64,000 bases of DNA, taken from positions 23,616 to 87,615 of the IMG/VR virus record IMGVR_UViG_3300024262_000020; one strand, given 5' to 3'. Below are positions 1 to 10,711 of this stretch, one piece after another. The number at the start of each line of letters is the position of its first letter. The first letter of the stretch is position 1. Position numbers and translations under genes: made by a program. The stretch is from a virus. A model generated the notes under the pieces. That model had not been told where the DNA came from. It was given only the letters and a program-made list of their open reading frames with translations, and made no database searches.

Positions 1-1
1 C

Positions 2-352
2 TTCATAGCCTTTAAATCCAGGATTTTCATTCGGACTCATATTATCTATTGGGAAATTTTCAATCCATAATCCACCCTCACCAGAAAACCAAACAGTATA
101 TCTATCCGAATTATCAATTAATATTGATGCATAAGGACCTTGATACATATCAAACCCTTTAATATCGATAATCTCAAATGGTATTTCTTCATCTTTAAGT
201 GAATTTTGAATAAGTGTTAATCTTTTTTCCATATCTTTTATCCAATTTGATTCTTCACTATCATCATCAGGATTATCTTTAACATATTCCCAATCTACAT
301 CTCTTGACCATTCGCCAGTTTCAAATAATTTATATGTTTTTAAAAATTTCAA
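2..352 (-). CDS. Hypothetical protein, partial (runs off window start), TTG start, N-terminal MKFLKTYKLFE motif
   Basis: Manually translated open frame; TTG overlaps the TGA of 349..831. Confidence 0.65.
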   Translation of the reverse strand, partial: MKFLKTYKLFETGEWSRDVDWEYVKDNPDDDSEESNWIKDMEKRLTLIQNSLKDEEIPFEIIDIKGFDMYQGPYASILIDNSDRYTVWFSGEGGLWIENFPIDNMSPNENPGFKGYE

Positions 353-831
353 TTTATTTTATAACTTTTTTCAATATAATTTTGATATTTCATTTTCATT
401 TTATCTATCAATTTATCATCAGTAAAATTAGGATTATCGAGATTATATACTATGTCATCATTTATTTTTATTCTAATATTATTTTCATTTTTATTATCAT
501 GAACAGATAATTTGCCTTCAATAATATCAAAATTAGATAACTCAATTGTTATCTTAGTCTTATATATTAAATTATAATTTTTAAAATCTCTTTTATTATA
601 GTAACCTTCAAGTTTTTTGACCCTTAAATTCTTTGGTCTGTTGCGTTGTTTGTATATTATGAATGAGAATTCGTTAATTATTTTATTTGTGAACTCTTGA
701 ACATCATTTTCAATATTATTTTCAATTTCTAACTTCATATTTTCATTTAAGTTTTTATGTATATTTCTATTTTTACTCAGTTTCTCGTTATCAATATCTT
801 CATTTACAAATAAATTAAATTTTATCAACAT
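349..831 (-). CDS. Hypothetical protein
   Basis: 160 aa ORF with AATATATA motif upstream and N-terminal MLIKFNLFVNE. Confidence 0.7.
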   Translation of the reverse strand: MLIKFNLFVNEDIDNEKLSKNRNIHKNLNENMKLEIENNIENDVQEFTNKIINEFSFIIYKQRNRPKNLRVKKLEGYYNKRDFKNYNLIYKTKITIELSNFDIIEGKLSVHDNKNENNIRIKINDDIVYNLDNPNFTDDKLIDKMKMKYQNYIEKSYKIN

Positions 832-907
832 TTAAGAGAATTCTTTTTCCTATATATTTAATTTCAGATTTAAAATTAAATATATAGAATAAATATAAAA
901 GATCTGA

Positions 908-3900
908 ATGACCAATATTATTCGAATAAGAGACTTAACACAAGAAACCTCGTTAGATGGAAATTTATTACTTCCAGTAGATAAATCAACATATAGTGTA
1001 AATGCAAAACATATTAAATTATCCGATCTTGCATCGTATATACAAATATTAAATATAGAACTTTCTTTAAGTGGATTAACTGATGTAACATTTTATAATT
1101 TACAAGATGGTGATTATTTGATGTATAGCGGTTCTACTGGATTTTGGGTAAATGTATCTGGCGTTACAGATGGAACCTCAGGAACAGATGGAGCCGATGG
1201 TACATCAGGTAGTTCAGGAACTGATGGTGCTTCAGGTACAGATGGAACATCAGGTAGTTCAGGTAGTTCAGGAACTGATGGTGCTTCAGGTAGTGGTACG
1301 GATGGAACATCAGGTAGTTCAGGTAGTTCAGGAACTGATGGTGCTTCAGGTAGTGGTACGGATGGAACATCAGGTAGTTCAGGTAGTTCAGGAACAGATG
1401 GCGCAGATGGTTCAGGGACAGACGGAACCTCAGGAAGTTCAGGAAGTTCAGGAACCGATGGTACATCAGGAACTTCAGGTGTTGATGGTGGTGGTGGTTC
1501 AGGTACAGACGGAACATCAGGAAGTTCAGGAACTGATGGAACATCAGGAAGTTCAGGTACAGATGGAACCTCAGGTACAAGTGGCTCAGGTACAGATGGA
1601 ACCTCAGGTAGTTCAGGAACTGATGGAACAAGTGGAAGTTCAGGAACTGATGGAACATCAGGAAGTTCAGGAACCTCAGGAACAGATGGTCAGTCAGATA
1701 GATATGCTACAACATCAGTAACATCATTTACAATTCCTACATCACATCCAACAACGATAGAATTGACTGGTGGTACAGGATTATCCTGGACAGTAGGTCA
1801 AGAAGCTATAATAGCATATGATATTAATAATTATTTTAATGCGACAGTATCTATATATGATTCAATTTCAGGTGGTTTTGTTTTTCAATCAAGTAGTAAT
1901 GTTGGAACAGGAACATATGCAAGTTGGGATATTAATTTAGGTGGTGCACCAGGAGTGTCAGGAAGTTCAGGAACAGATGGAACCTCAGGTAGTTCAGGAA
2001 CAGATGGAACCTCAGGTACAAGTGGATCAGGAACAGATGGAACTTCAGGAAGTTCAGGAACTGATGGTACAGATGGAACCTCAGGTACAGATGGTACAGA
2101 TGGAACCTCAGGTAGTTCAGGTACAGATGGAACATCAGGTAGTTCAGGTAGTTCAGGCACAGACGGAACCTCAGGTAGTTCAGGCACAGATGGAACAAGT
2201 GGAAGTTCAGGTAGTTCAGGCACAGACGGAACCTCAGGTACAGATGGAACAGATGGCACTTCAGGTAGTTCAGGCACAGATGGAACCTCAGGTACAGATG
2301 GAACATCAGGTAGTTCAGGTAGTTCAGGTACATCAGGTACAGATGGAACAAGTGGTAGTTCAGGAATTGCATCAGCGGTAGGTTCTAATTATTGGATTCA
2401 ATATTATGATGATTCACAACCAAATAATCAAGGATCAACAGATAAGTTAAATTGGAACAAATCATCTTTTATATTAGAAGTTAGTGGCGAAACCAAAATA
2501 ACAAGTTTAGCTTCAGATGTGAATAGATACGTATTTTCTGATACTGATGGTTTATTATACACAGGTAATACTATTGATAATGTGCCTAATTTCTATTGTA
2601 ATACCTGGCAAGAAGTTAAAGATGCAGTTACTGAAATAAATGCTCAATATCCAGGTGGTAATATTTTCTTATCTGGTGATTGGTATATGACTGAAGATGT
2701 AACTTGGGATTTAACAAATATTTCGTTTTATGGTTTTGGTGCGGTTTGGAGATGCACCAATTTAGTTCATAATGATAATGATCCAGTTGTGGCTAAAAAA
2801 GTAACTGTAACTGCTGGAAATCCAACATTTTATAATATTGCATTTGGTGGTAGTGGTTTAGGTAATATAACTGAAAATTTTGCAATTTATAATTCAAGAC
2901 ATATATTTACCTTTACTGATGGTAATCATGATATTGTATTTGATAAATGTAATTTTTCTGATATTGTAGGTGGTATCGGAACTAATTCTGTTATTGAAGT
3001 GGTTGGTATTGATGCGTTTGATTCTGTAAATATGACATTTAATAATTGTATTGTTTCATCACATAATATAACATCACCAACACCAACAATGTTCACATAT
3101 ACTGGATTTACAATCAATGTTACGGGTACTCAATCTGGATATTTTAAATGTAGTGTTTATCAGCAGAAAAGAACAGGAATAAAAAATGATATTAATAAAA
3201 CATCATTAGCATATCATATCACTAGTACAACACCTGCTAACACTAGATTTACATCTGATTCTACAGCGTGGTTGTCTTATATTGACTCGACATCCACAAC
3301 AGATAATATTATAACATTAACAAATAGTGCAACAACTATTGCAAATGATGATTTAATTATATTTAGTGATATAAGTGATTATGGTAATATTAAATCTATT
3401 AAATATCAATATATTTCAGGTGGAACAGGTTCATCACAATATGTTCCTACTTATGGTGAATGGGTATCAATTGCTAATTTTAATACTACAGCAGGTTCGG
3501 GTACTATAACCACAACTTCTGATTATACTGATGTTATAAACCCAGGTATGGCAATAAGATTATCAGGTATAACCAGTACTTCAGGTGATACATACGTTTA
3601 TGCCGTTGTTACAGCTATTAATGGTACAACGATAACCGCCTCAGGACCAGCATTAAATGATAAGGGTACATTAGTGAGTGTTGAATATTCAACAAATCCT
3701 GGAATGATTCATGTTGAGGCATTTACAATTCCTGGAAATTATGCTGATTCTAATGATACAATATTATTGGAATCTGATTTATTGATGAAAGGTGGATATA
3801 ATTGGAGAAATATTAAATCTTCGTTAGTTCGTACAGATGCTATACATATATCAGATGATACTGGTATTGCATCCACTCAACCAACTATTACACCAACAAT

Positions 3901-4102
3901 TGAAGGTTCTGACGTTTTATCATTGTACTTAACTGGTAGTACGTCAATAGTCAACTCGATTAATAATGTAAATTCTTCCAATTATAAAATAGAGTTAAAT
4001 CAAAATATAGACATAAAGGTTAATGTTGCAACTGGTGGCGCACCAAATAATAATGCTGCGGATTTAACAATTTATTTAACATTTGTGAAGGAGGGTAAAT
4101 AA
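908..4102 (+). CDS. Tail fibre-like structural protein with Gly-X-Y (GTS/GSS/GTD) collagen-like repeats
   Basis: 1064 aa; two long GTSGSSGTDG blocks; beta-rich C-terminal half; adjacent LamG-like gene. Confidence 0.65.
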   Translation: MTNIIRIRDLTQETSLDGNLLLPVDKSTYSVNAKHIKLSDLASYIQILNIELSLSGLTDVTFYNLQDGDYLMYSGSTGFWVNVSGVTDGTSGTDGADGTSGSSGTDGASGTDGTSGSSGSSGTDGASGSGTDGTSGSSGSSGTDGASGSGTDGTSGSSGSSGTDGADGSGTDGTSGSSGSSGTDGTSGTSGVDGGGGSGTDGTSGSSGTDGTSGSSGTDGTSGTSGSGTDGTSGSSGTDGTSGSSGTDGTSGSSGTSGTDGQSDRYATTSVTSFTIPTSHPTTIELTGGTGLSWTVGQEAIIAYDINNYFNATVSIYDSISGGFVFQSSSNVGTGTYASWDINLGGAPGVSGSSGTDGTSGSSGTDGTSGTSGSGTDGTSGSSGTDGTDGTSGTDGTDGTSGSSGTDGTSGSSGSSGTDGTSGSSGTDGTSGSSGSSGTDGTSGTDGTDGTSGSSGTDGTSGTDGTSGSSGSSGTSGTDGTSGSSGIASAVGSNYWIQYYDDSQPNNQGSTDKLNWNKSSFILEVSGETKITSLASDVNRYVFSDTDGLLYTGNTIDNVPNFYCNTWQEVKDAVTEINAQYPGGNIFLSGDWYMTEDVTWDLTNISFYGFGAVWRCTNLVHNDNDPVVAKKVTVTAGNPTFYNIAFGGSGLGNITENFAIYNSRHIFTFTDGNHDIVFDKCNFSDIVGGIGTNSVIEVVGIDAFDSVNMTFNNCIVSSHNITSPTPTMFTYTGFTINVTGTQSGYFKCSVYQQKRTGIKNDINKTSLAYHITSTTPANTRFTSDSTAWLSYIDSTSTTDNIITLTNSATTIANDDLIIFSDISDYGNIKSIKYQYISGGTGSSQYVPTYGEWVSIANFNTTAGSGTITTTSDYTDVINPGMAIRLSGITSTSGDTYVYAVVTAINGTTITASGPALNDKGTLVSVEYSTNPGMIHVEAFTIPGNYADSNDTILLESDLLMKGGYNWRNIKSSLVRTDAIHISDDTGIASTQPTITPTIEGSDVLSLYLTGSTSIVNSINNVNSSNYKIELNQNIDIKVNVATGGAPNNNAADLTIYLTFVKEGK
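1165..2365 (+). repeat. Coding 9-nt-period tandem repeats (ggaacatca/ggtagttca/ggaacagat) in two blocks, ~1165-1690 and ~1960-2365
   Basis: Directly visible; encodes Gly every third residue. Confidence 0.9.
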
Positions 4103-4890
4103 TGATACATAGAAAGAATTCACCATATGGTAATGATAGCCATACAATAATGTATTTTAATGGAAATGAAACTATGATAGGTGACCCATTTGGTTTGGGT
4201 GGTGGTACATTTGGAGAGTCATCATATTTAAATCAAGATATACATTCTACTGCTGTTGCACAATCAACATCACAAAGTAGATTTGGCTCAAAAAGTTATT
4301 TGTGGGGCACATCAACCAGTTCTGGTATAGGACTTAGTGCGAGAACAGATTCACAATATAATTTTAGAGAATTGGATTATTCTATTGATTTTTGGGTTTA
4401 TTTTAATAGTGGTACGACTGGATATTTTGATTTTTTAGGAATTGTGGATAGATCAGATACTACTAAATATTTAGTTATTCAAGCATACCCAAGTGGTATT
4501 GGCACCTGTTATTGGTATTTGAGAATTCAAAATGGTACTGGCGTTCAGATAGTAGATTTTTCTAGACAAAGTAATGACTTTAATTTCCATACTTGGTATC
4601 ATATTTGTATATCTCGAAAAAGTACACCAAGTGGGGAATCATATTCAATATATGCGGCTAATCCATCAGTATCACATATTTCACATTGGTTAACAGGTGC
4701 TACTAATTCATTTTTATTTGATTTTAATTGGACCAATCCTACTCTTTTTGTTGGTACAAATCTTGGTGGAGGACCAACAACAAATCTATATGTAGATTCT
4801 TTTAGAATATCGAGAGGTAATGCTAGAATGTTTGCTACAACTACTATTGGAATAAAACCGACTTATTCCATACCAAATAGAGATTATTAA
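4102..4890 (+). CDS. LamG/concanavalin A-like domain protein (virion-associated)
   Basis: SRFGSKS..., YSIDFWVY, WYHICISR, YVDSFRISRG motifs typical of phage LamG-like domains. Confidence 0.6.
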   Translation: MIHRKNSPYGNDSHTIMYFNGNETMIGDPFGLGGGTFGESSYLNQDIHSTAVAQSTSQSRFGSKSYLWGTSTSSGIGLSARTDSQYNFRELDYSIDFWVYFNSGTTGYFDFLGIVDRSDTTKYLVIQAYPSGIGTCYWYLRIQNGTGVQIVDFSRQSNDFNFHTWYHICISRKSTPSGESYSIYAANPSVSHISHWLTGATNSFLFDFNWTNPTLFVGTNLGGGPTTNLYVDSFRISRGNARMFATTTIGIKPTYSIPNRDY

Positions 4891-4944
4891 TTTTCAACTA
4901 AACCTTATTTTCAATATATATAACTTAAAAATAACTTAATTTAT

Positions 4945-5565
4945 ATGTTGAAAGTTACTGTCATTATGGCATCATTTTTAGGTGAATATCCAGGTGCCGC
5001 AAAAAATAGAGATAAAAAATTTATACGAGCTGTAAAATCGTTCAAAAATCAGACATACGAGAATAAAGAACTTATAATTGTTTCGGATGGTTGTGAAAAA
5101 ACTACACAATTGTTTAATGAGCATTTTATTGATGATGAAAATATTAGTTTGATTCAATTACCAAAGCAAATATTATATTCTGGTGAAATGAGAAATGCAG
5201 CTTTAAGAGAAGCGACAGGAGATATAATTACATACCTTGATTCTGATGATGTTATTGGAAAGACTCATATTGAAACAATTATAAATCAATTTGATACGGA
5301 AAAATACGATTGGGTTTTTTATAATGATTATCTTGTAACTTCACCTGATTTTAAGAAATTGCACACTAGAGTAGTTGAAACGAGGTTTGGTTCAATTGGA
5401 ACTAGTGCTGTGACACATAAAAATAATAAAGATTTGTTATGGTCGTCAGGTTATGGTCATGATTGGATTTTTGTTATGACATTAGCAGGAATGGGATTAA
5501 GATTCACTAAACTTGCACAAACCCCACAGTATTTAGTGTGTCATTATGCTGGAGGAGATTTTTAA
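4945..5565 (+). CDS. Glycosyltransferase family 2
   Basis: VTVIMAS..., NQTYENKELIIVSDG, RNAAL...GDIITYLDSDD. Confidence 0.85.
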   Translation: MLKVTVIMASFLGEYPGAAKNRDKKFIRAVKSFKNQTYENKELIIVSDGCEKTTQLFNEHFIDDENISLIQLPKQILYSGEMRNAALREATGDIITYLDSDDVIGKTHIETIINQFDTEKYDWVFYNDYLVTSPDFKKLHTRVVETRFGSIGTSAVTHKNNKDLLWSSGYGHDWIFVMTLAGMGLRFTKLAQTPQYLVCHYAGGDF

Positions 5566-5580
5566 AAATAATTTATTTCT

Positions 5581-6444
5581 ATGAAGATTGTTGAGAGTCC
5601 AAGAGATGGACTACAAGGTATTAAAATATTCATACCTACTGAAAAAAAGATAGAATATTTAAATTTATTATTGGATGTTGGTTTTGATACATTAGATTTT
5701 GGATCTTTTGTTTCTCCTAAATCTATTCCCCAAATGAGAGATACTGCTGAAGTTGTTGATAAATTAGATTTATCAAAAACAAATACTAAATTATTATCAA
5801 TAGTTGCAAATGCTAGAGGTGCTGAAGATGCTTCAAAATTTGAACAAATAAAATATTTAGGTTTTCCTTTTTCGATATCAAATACTTTTTTAGAACGAAA
5901 TATTAATTCAAATATTTCTAAATCATATGATACTGCTTTGAAAATTCTAAATATTGCTGAAAAAAATAATAAAGAGGTTGTTATTTATTTTTCAATGGGG
6001 TTTGGAAATCCGTATGGTGATTATTGGGATATTAATTTTATAGATAAGTATATTGAATTATTTAAGTATGAAGGTATTAAAATTGTAGCACTATCTGATA
6101 CTATTGGTATATCAACACCACAACAAATATTTGATGTATTTAATCATGTTATACCCAAATATAATGATGTTGAGTTTGGTTTTCATTTACATACAAGAAA
6201 GGGTGAAGAATATTATAGATTAAATACTGCATATTATGCTGGTTGTAGAAGGTTTGATACGGTGATTGGTGGATTGGGTGGTTGCCCTGCCGCACTTTCA
6301 GATGGGCAAACAATTTCAAATTTACAAACAAAAACTTTTGTGGATTTTTGTAATAAAGAGAATATAGAATTAGATATTGATTTATCTAAATTGGATATAG
6401 CAAGGAACTATATGAAAAAAGAATTAAAAATTAATGACATATAA
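5581..6444 (+). CDS. hmgL: Hydroxymethylglutaryl-CoA lyase (DRE-TIM metallolyase)
   Basis: ESPRDGLQ, GSFVSPKSIPQMRDT, LSDTIG, HLH, GGLGGCP motifs. Confidence 0.85.
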   Translation: MKIVESPRDGLQGIKIFIPTEKKIEYLNLLLDVGFDTLDFGSFVSPKSIPQMRDTAEVVDKLDLSKTNTKLLSIVANARGAEDASKFEQIKYLGFPFSISNTFLERNINSNISKSYDTALKILNIAEKNNKEVVIYFSMGFGNPYGDYWDINFIDKYIELFKYEGIKIVALSDTIGISTPQQIFDVFNHVIPKYNDVEFGFHLHTRKGEEYYRLNTAYYAGCRRFDTVIGGLGGCPAALSDGQTISNLQTKTFVDFCNKENIELDIDLSKLDIARNYMKKELKINDI

Positions 6445-6787
6445 TGAAGATGAACACATTGATTATATAATAGATAGGTTTGATTTTGAAAGAGTTAAGA
6501 AGTTTATGGAAATTGACAATTGGAAATGGGGTAATAATATACCTACATTGACTGAACTAAAGAGTACTGCATTAGATTTGTTAATGAGTATAAAAGATGG
6601 TGAATACGGTGATTGTTCATCAACAGGTGGATTAGCCGCCACAAATTGTGGTGATTTTTTAAGACTTGATTTTTCAATAGAGGATATGGACTCTATTTAT
6701 TTAAACTTAACTGATAATTATATGCGAGATAAGAAACGTAAAGAAAGAAAAGATAAATTAGAAGTGATTGATGAAATATCTACCTAA
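6434..6787 (+). CDS. Hypothetical protein, paralog of 29414..29914
   Basis: Shared IIDRFDFERV...NWxW...STGG; C-terminal RKDKLEVI tag. Confidence 0.7.
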   Translation: MTYNEDEHIDYIIDRFDFERVKKFMEIDNWKWGNNIPTLTELKSTALDLLMSIKDGEYGDCSSTGGLAATNCGDFLRLDFSIEDMDSIYLNLTDNYMRDKKRKERKDKLEVIDEIST

Positions 6788-7133
6788 GAAAAAGAGTGAT
6801 GTACAACTTAATGGTATAATTAAGTTTGATGGATCATCTTGGAAAAAACTAGGTATTACTGAAGTACAAAGAGAATTTGATGATAGATTAGATGATATTA
6901 GAAAAAAATATGATGAACTTCAGGAAGAGTTTTATTGGAATAAATTAGTATATGAAAGTGAAATTAGATTTGAGCCAATTATTGGACAGATATATCATTT
7001 ATATGAAAAAGATGATAATAGATTTTTGTCTCTAATTGCACCTAATGAGTGGCATATGCCTTATATTGGATCATTTAAGTTAAAATATAATAGGAAATGG
7101 GAAAGAATACAATTAAATTTTATGAAGAATTAA
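6768..7133 (+). CDS. Hypothetical protein (DUF2452-like)
   Basis: FEPIIGQIYHLY...FLSLIAPNEW motif recalled from Bacteroidota DUF2452 proteins. Confidence 0.5.
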   Translation: MMKYLPKKKSDVQLNGIIKFDGSSWKKLGITEVQREFDDRLDDIRKKYDELQEEFYWNKLVYESEIRFEPIIGQIYHLYEKDDNRFLSLIAPNEWHMPYIGSFKLKYNRKWERIQLNFMKN

Positions 7134-7324
7134 AGACCGAAAATCTTCAAAATTTATTAAAAGGGTTAGAAACGGCACATTATAATACTGATTATATAAT
7201 AAGTGAAGTTGAAAAAAATGGTGGTATCGTTTCTTCATTTGAGAAGAAAATTATTGATTATCAGATAGATATATCATTGATAAGAATGGAACTAAATAGA
7301 AGATTATGGAAAGAATCGACATAA
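7097..7324 (+). CDS. Hypothetical protein
   Basis: 75 aa ORF in coupled operon. Confidence 0.5.
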   Translation: MGKNTIKFYEELKTENLQNLLKGLETAHYNTDYIISEVEKNGGIVSSFEKKIIDYQIDISLIRMELNRRLWKEST

Positions 7325-7809
7325 ATAAGAATTATAATTCATATGAATTATCGAAGATAAAGCATACTAATAGGAATGAGATTGGTGACTTACCTATACA
7401 TGAAGTAAGAGTAATTAAGTATGTTGTGTTGCTTTCATATTATCCATTCAATGAACAAAAATGGAAAATATTTAAATCATTAAGTAAAAATCAAAAAATG
7501 GGTATGTTAAATAGACATGTGCTTAGTGTTGCTCGCCAATTAGGTGTTTCTGATATTTTACTCAAAAAGGCAAAAGAAATAACTAAAGATTTAGCATCAT
7601 CAACAAAAAGAGCAAAAAGAACAACCATTGGAAATATTCTCAAACCAAATTTTTATAAAGAACAGGAAGAAAGATATAGGAGAAAATTAGAAGAATATTA
7701 TACATTAATTCTTGATATTATAATGGAAGAAACAAGTAAAAGAATGAATGTTAAATATTTAAGAAAAAAGAAATTAGATGAAATAATCCAATCAGGTACA
7801 CAAGAATAA
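7306..7809 (+). CDS. Hypothetical protein with RKKKLDEI tag
   Basis: 167 aa ORF. Confidence 0.65.
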   Translation: MERIDINKNYNSYELSKIKHTNRNEIGDLPIHEVRVIKYVVLLSYYPFNEQKWKIFKSLSKNQKMGMLNRHVLSVARQLGVSDILLKKAKEITKDLASSTKRAKRTTIGNILKPNFYKEQEERYRRKLEEYYTLILDIIMEETSKRMNVKYLRKKKLDEIIQSGTQE

Positions 7810-7810
7810 T

Positions 7811-7937
7811 GCCTTGGTTGAGGTTAGTGGTAACATTTTTAGTATCACATTAAACTGCTAAAAATCACTCGGATGCGTTGAACTGCTGTATCAGGTTAAA
7901 CTACACTAAGATAGGGGGGTTGGTTACCCAGTTACCA
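7811..7937 (+). ncRNA. Candidate structured ncRNA
   Basis: GC-enriched intergenic; closing stem TGGTAAC(7828)/GTTACCA(7937), internal hairpins, followed by a terminator. Confidence 0.4.
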
Positions 7938-7938
7938 T

Positions 7939-7972
7939 AAAAAGAGAGGTTAAGTGATGCCTCTCTTTTTTT
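7939..7972 (+). terminator. Intrinsic terminator
   Basis: AAAAAGAGAGG-loop-CCTCTCTTTTTTT. Confidence 0.75.
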
Positions 7973-8036
7973 GTTTTAATATTTATTTGTGAATGGTAAT
8001 TTTTTATATATAATAAAAAATAGTCAGAAAGATAAT

Positions 8037-10709
8037 ATGGGAACACCACTTTATAAACAAATGAAAACTAGGGGAACATCGTTCTATGCTTTTCCCTCAG
8101 CCGCACACGATTTAAATTTAGCAAATTATAGTGATGATTATAGTATCAATTTCACAAAATTTGCATTATTAAATATACCTCAACAAACATCAAGGACAAC
8201 ACCTAGAGATAAAACTAGTAAATTAGATTTATTGCCTAAAAATAATACAGGAACGGCACCATTTTACACAACAGATCCGAACCAAAGTTTACCTACTGAT
8301 TTTTCTGACCAATTGATTGAATCGTTGCGAAATTATGTTGCTAACTATGATACTACATTACATGAAAGTAGAATAAATGGTAATACTGATTTTTATAATA
8401 TTGGTGAGAGATTTACACCAACTGAAAATATATTTTGGAAATGGTGTAGAAAAATGAATATAATTGATTTTGAGCCAGGTGTCCATAAGGTTGATTGGGA
8501 TAAAAATTTATCAGATTTTGAGAATACAAATGCAAGTGCAACAAATGTTAATTTCTTTAGAAAGTATTTATGGAAAGAACGTGAAGTTATTAATTATTCA
8601 ATAACTTCTATATTAGAAGATAGTGTATATACATATGGTGGAAATAATACACCTAAAATAACTATCACCGATAAAGGTAAATTTAAAATAGGAGATTTAA
8701 TTCAATTGTCAGGTACAGGTATTCTTGCAATATCATCAACATTATCAACTGGTGTGACATATGTGGTCGGACAAGTTCAAATTACAGGTTCAAGTACATT
8801 TATATGGTTAGATTATAATTTTCAAGGTGAAGGTGGAAGTGGTACTGTTACAAATTCTTCTATTTATTTAGATTATGATAGATTGGTACAATATGTTGGT
8901 GAGATAAATCAAGTTTCAAATATACAAACTGCATCACGAACAGGACAAGAGATAACTGCTTATATACCACATCATGTGGGTGCTACACCTACGGTATTAT
9001 TTGGTACTAGAGCAACAACAAATTATTATCCTAATCTTGAAATGCCATTACTTTCTGATGAGATACAAGATGAGATTATAGGTGCTGAGAGTTTAAATTC
9101 TCCAATAAGAACAAACCCAGCAAATTATCCAGGTTCATACTTCGGTCAATTTGACACAAATGACCAAACATATCTTTGTGAAGATGGTGATAAGTTAAGA
9201 TTTCAGGGTGATTATTACGGTGTGCTTCTAACTAATAATGTTGGTACTAATTCAGATGATTATTTTGAAAATTTAGAAGATTTTAATTCAAATAATATAG
9301 ATGGTGCTTATATGGATTTCAATAGAGATCATTACTATAAAATGCAAATTCCAGGATTAGAAGTTAATAATTTTGACGAATTTAATTCAATTTCAATTGA
9401 AGAACAACCTCCATCAGATTTTTATTTTAATGCCGTTCTTTGGTATTATGAATTAATTGAAGAAGATAATGATGGTAACACTTACTCATATGTAAATCTT
9501 TATGGTATTGAATTTTTAAATAACCCTGAAAATGATGATGATTCGATTAATAATTTGATTACACCTTATCAGAAATTAGTTACTAACGGTAGTCAAGATG
9601 GATTATCATATATGTTTAATTTAAATGTACATTACAATATTGATAATGATGTTTTACCATTAACATATGACCCATCAACGATCTATAATATGTTTGGATT
9701 TGATTTATATAATGAGATGATGAAGAAATATTATAGAGTTAATGAAAATTTTATTAATATTATTCAAGAGTTTGTTAGAATAAACATGGATTTACAAAAT
9801 ATGAAAAGTCTTATTTATTCTCAATCTAATATGGACGAATTGAAGTCTAAAATGAATAATATGGAAGATTTGTTAGCATTATATAAAACAAATCAATTTA
9901 TAGATTCTGATACAGCTAAAATTTCAGTTGATAATGCAGGAACTTATCCAAGATTAAAATTTAATGTTGTGGGTGTTGAGTATGATGAGATTCAAACAGT
10001 TTTAGTTTCAGATGCTTACAATTACAATTTTTCAAATACTGGTGCATCATATAGTGTACCGATGTCATTTACTAATAAGATGTTGTTAACAATTCTTAAT
10101 GATAACATATCTACGGATTCAGGTAATGTCTCAATTGTATTAGATAGGGATTTGAGATTTAAACAAAAAATAGATATTGTAGTGAAACCCAGATTTGCAC
10201 AATATTATCAACGATTATATTTAAATATGAATTTTAATTATAATAATGCTATAACAGAAACAAATATATTTAATGTTGATTTACCAATTGATGTTATATC
10301 ATATAATGTAGCAGATCCTACTGGATCAACATTTACAAATAGTTATTACACAAATGAAAATGTATATACTAACACTACAGACATTGTAACAGGAGCAACT
10401 TGGTGTGAAACAGGGTTTACTAATGTTGTTATAACTGAAGATTTATTTTTAAGTGGTGATACTGTATATGTTCAAAATTTATATTTAAGTGATGTTGCTG
10501 GGGCTATTGGTGATTATAGTGGAGCATATTCAATTTTAGATAAAACTGGTATAGATCTAACAATAGATTTACAGGCTTATGGATATAGATTGGTTGGTCA
10601 ACCAATTGTTAGTTATTATAAAGGAATTCTAATATCTATATTAAGGGTTGATGAATCAGATTCATCATCATTTGATGATAGATATGAGATAACATATAAA
10701 ATAATTTAA
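8037..10709 (+). CDS. Large putative virion structural protein (baseplate/tail region)
   Basis: Likely start MGTPLYK at 8037 behind a TATATA motif; Asn/Thr/Asp-rich; sits among baseplate genes. Confidence 0.6.
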   Translation: MGTPLYKQMKTRGTSFYAFPSAAHDLNLANYSDDYSINFTKFALLNIPQQTSRTTPRDKTSKLDLLPKNNTGTAPFYTTDPNQSLPTDFSDQLIESLRNYVANYDTTLHESRINGNTDFYNIGERFTPTENIFWKWCRKMNIIDFEPGVHKVDWDKNLSDFENTNASATNVNFFRKYLWKEREVINYSITSILEDSVYTYGGNNTPKITITDKGKFKIGDLIQLSGTGILAISSTLSTGVTYVVGQVQITGSSTFIWLDYNFQGEGGSGTVTNSSIYLDYDRLVQYVGEINQVSNIQTASRTGQEITAYIPHHVGATPTVLFGTRATTNYYPNLEMPLLSDEIQDEIIGAESLNSPIRTNPANYPGSYFGQFDTNDQTYLCEDGDKLRFQGDYYGVLLTNNVGTNSDDYFENLEDFNSNNIDGAYMDFNRDHYYKMQIPGLEVNNFDEFNSISIEEQPPSDFYFNAVLWYYELIEEDNDGNTYSYVNLYGIEFLNNPENDDDSINNLITPYQKLVTNGSQDGLSYMFNLNVHYNIDNDVLPLTYDPSTIYNMFGFDLYNEMMKKYYRVNENFINIIQEFVRINMDLQNMKSLIYSQSNMDELKSKMNNMEDLLALYKTNQFIDSDTAKISVDNAGTYPRLKFNVVGVEYDEIQTVLVSDAYNYNFSNTGASYSVPMSFTNKMLLTILNDNISTDSGNVSIVLDRDLRFKQKIDIVVKPRFAQYYQRLYLNMNFNYNNAITETNIFNVDLPIDVISYNVADPTGSTFTNSYYTNENVYTNTTDIVTGATWCETGFTNVVITEDLFLSGDTVYVQNLYLSDVAGAIGDYSGAYSILDKTGIDLTIDLQAYGYRLVGQPIVSYYKGILISILRVDESDSSSFDDRYEITYKII

Positions 10710-10711
10710 TT

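Noticed and set aside
1152-2381. CRISPR-like repeats and alternate-frame ORFs (1152, 1164, 1885, 1932, 1941)
   Set aside because: 9-nt coding periodicity without unique spacers; the ORFs are shadows of the Gly-X-Y repeat
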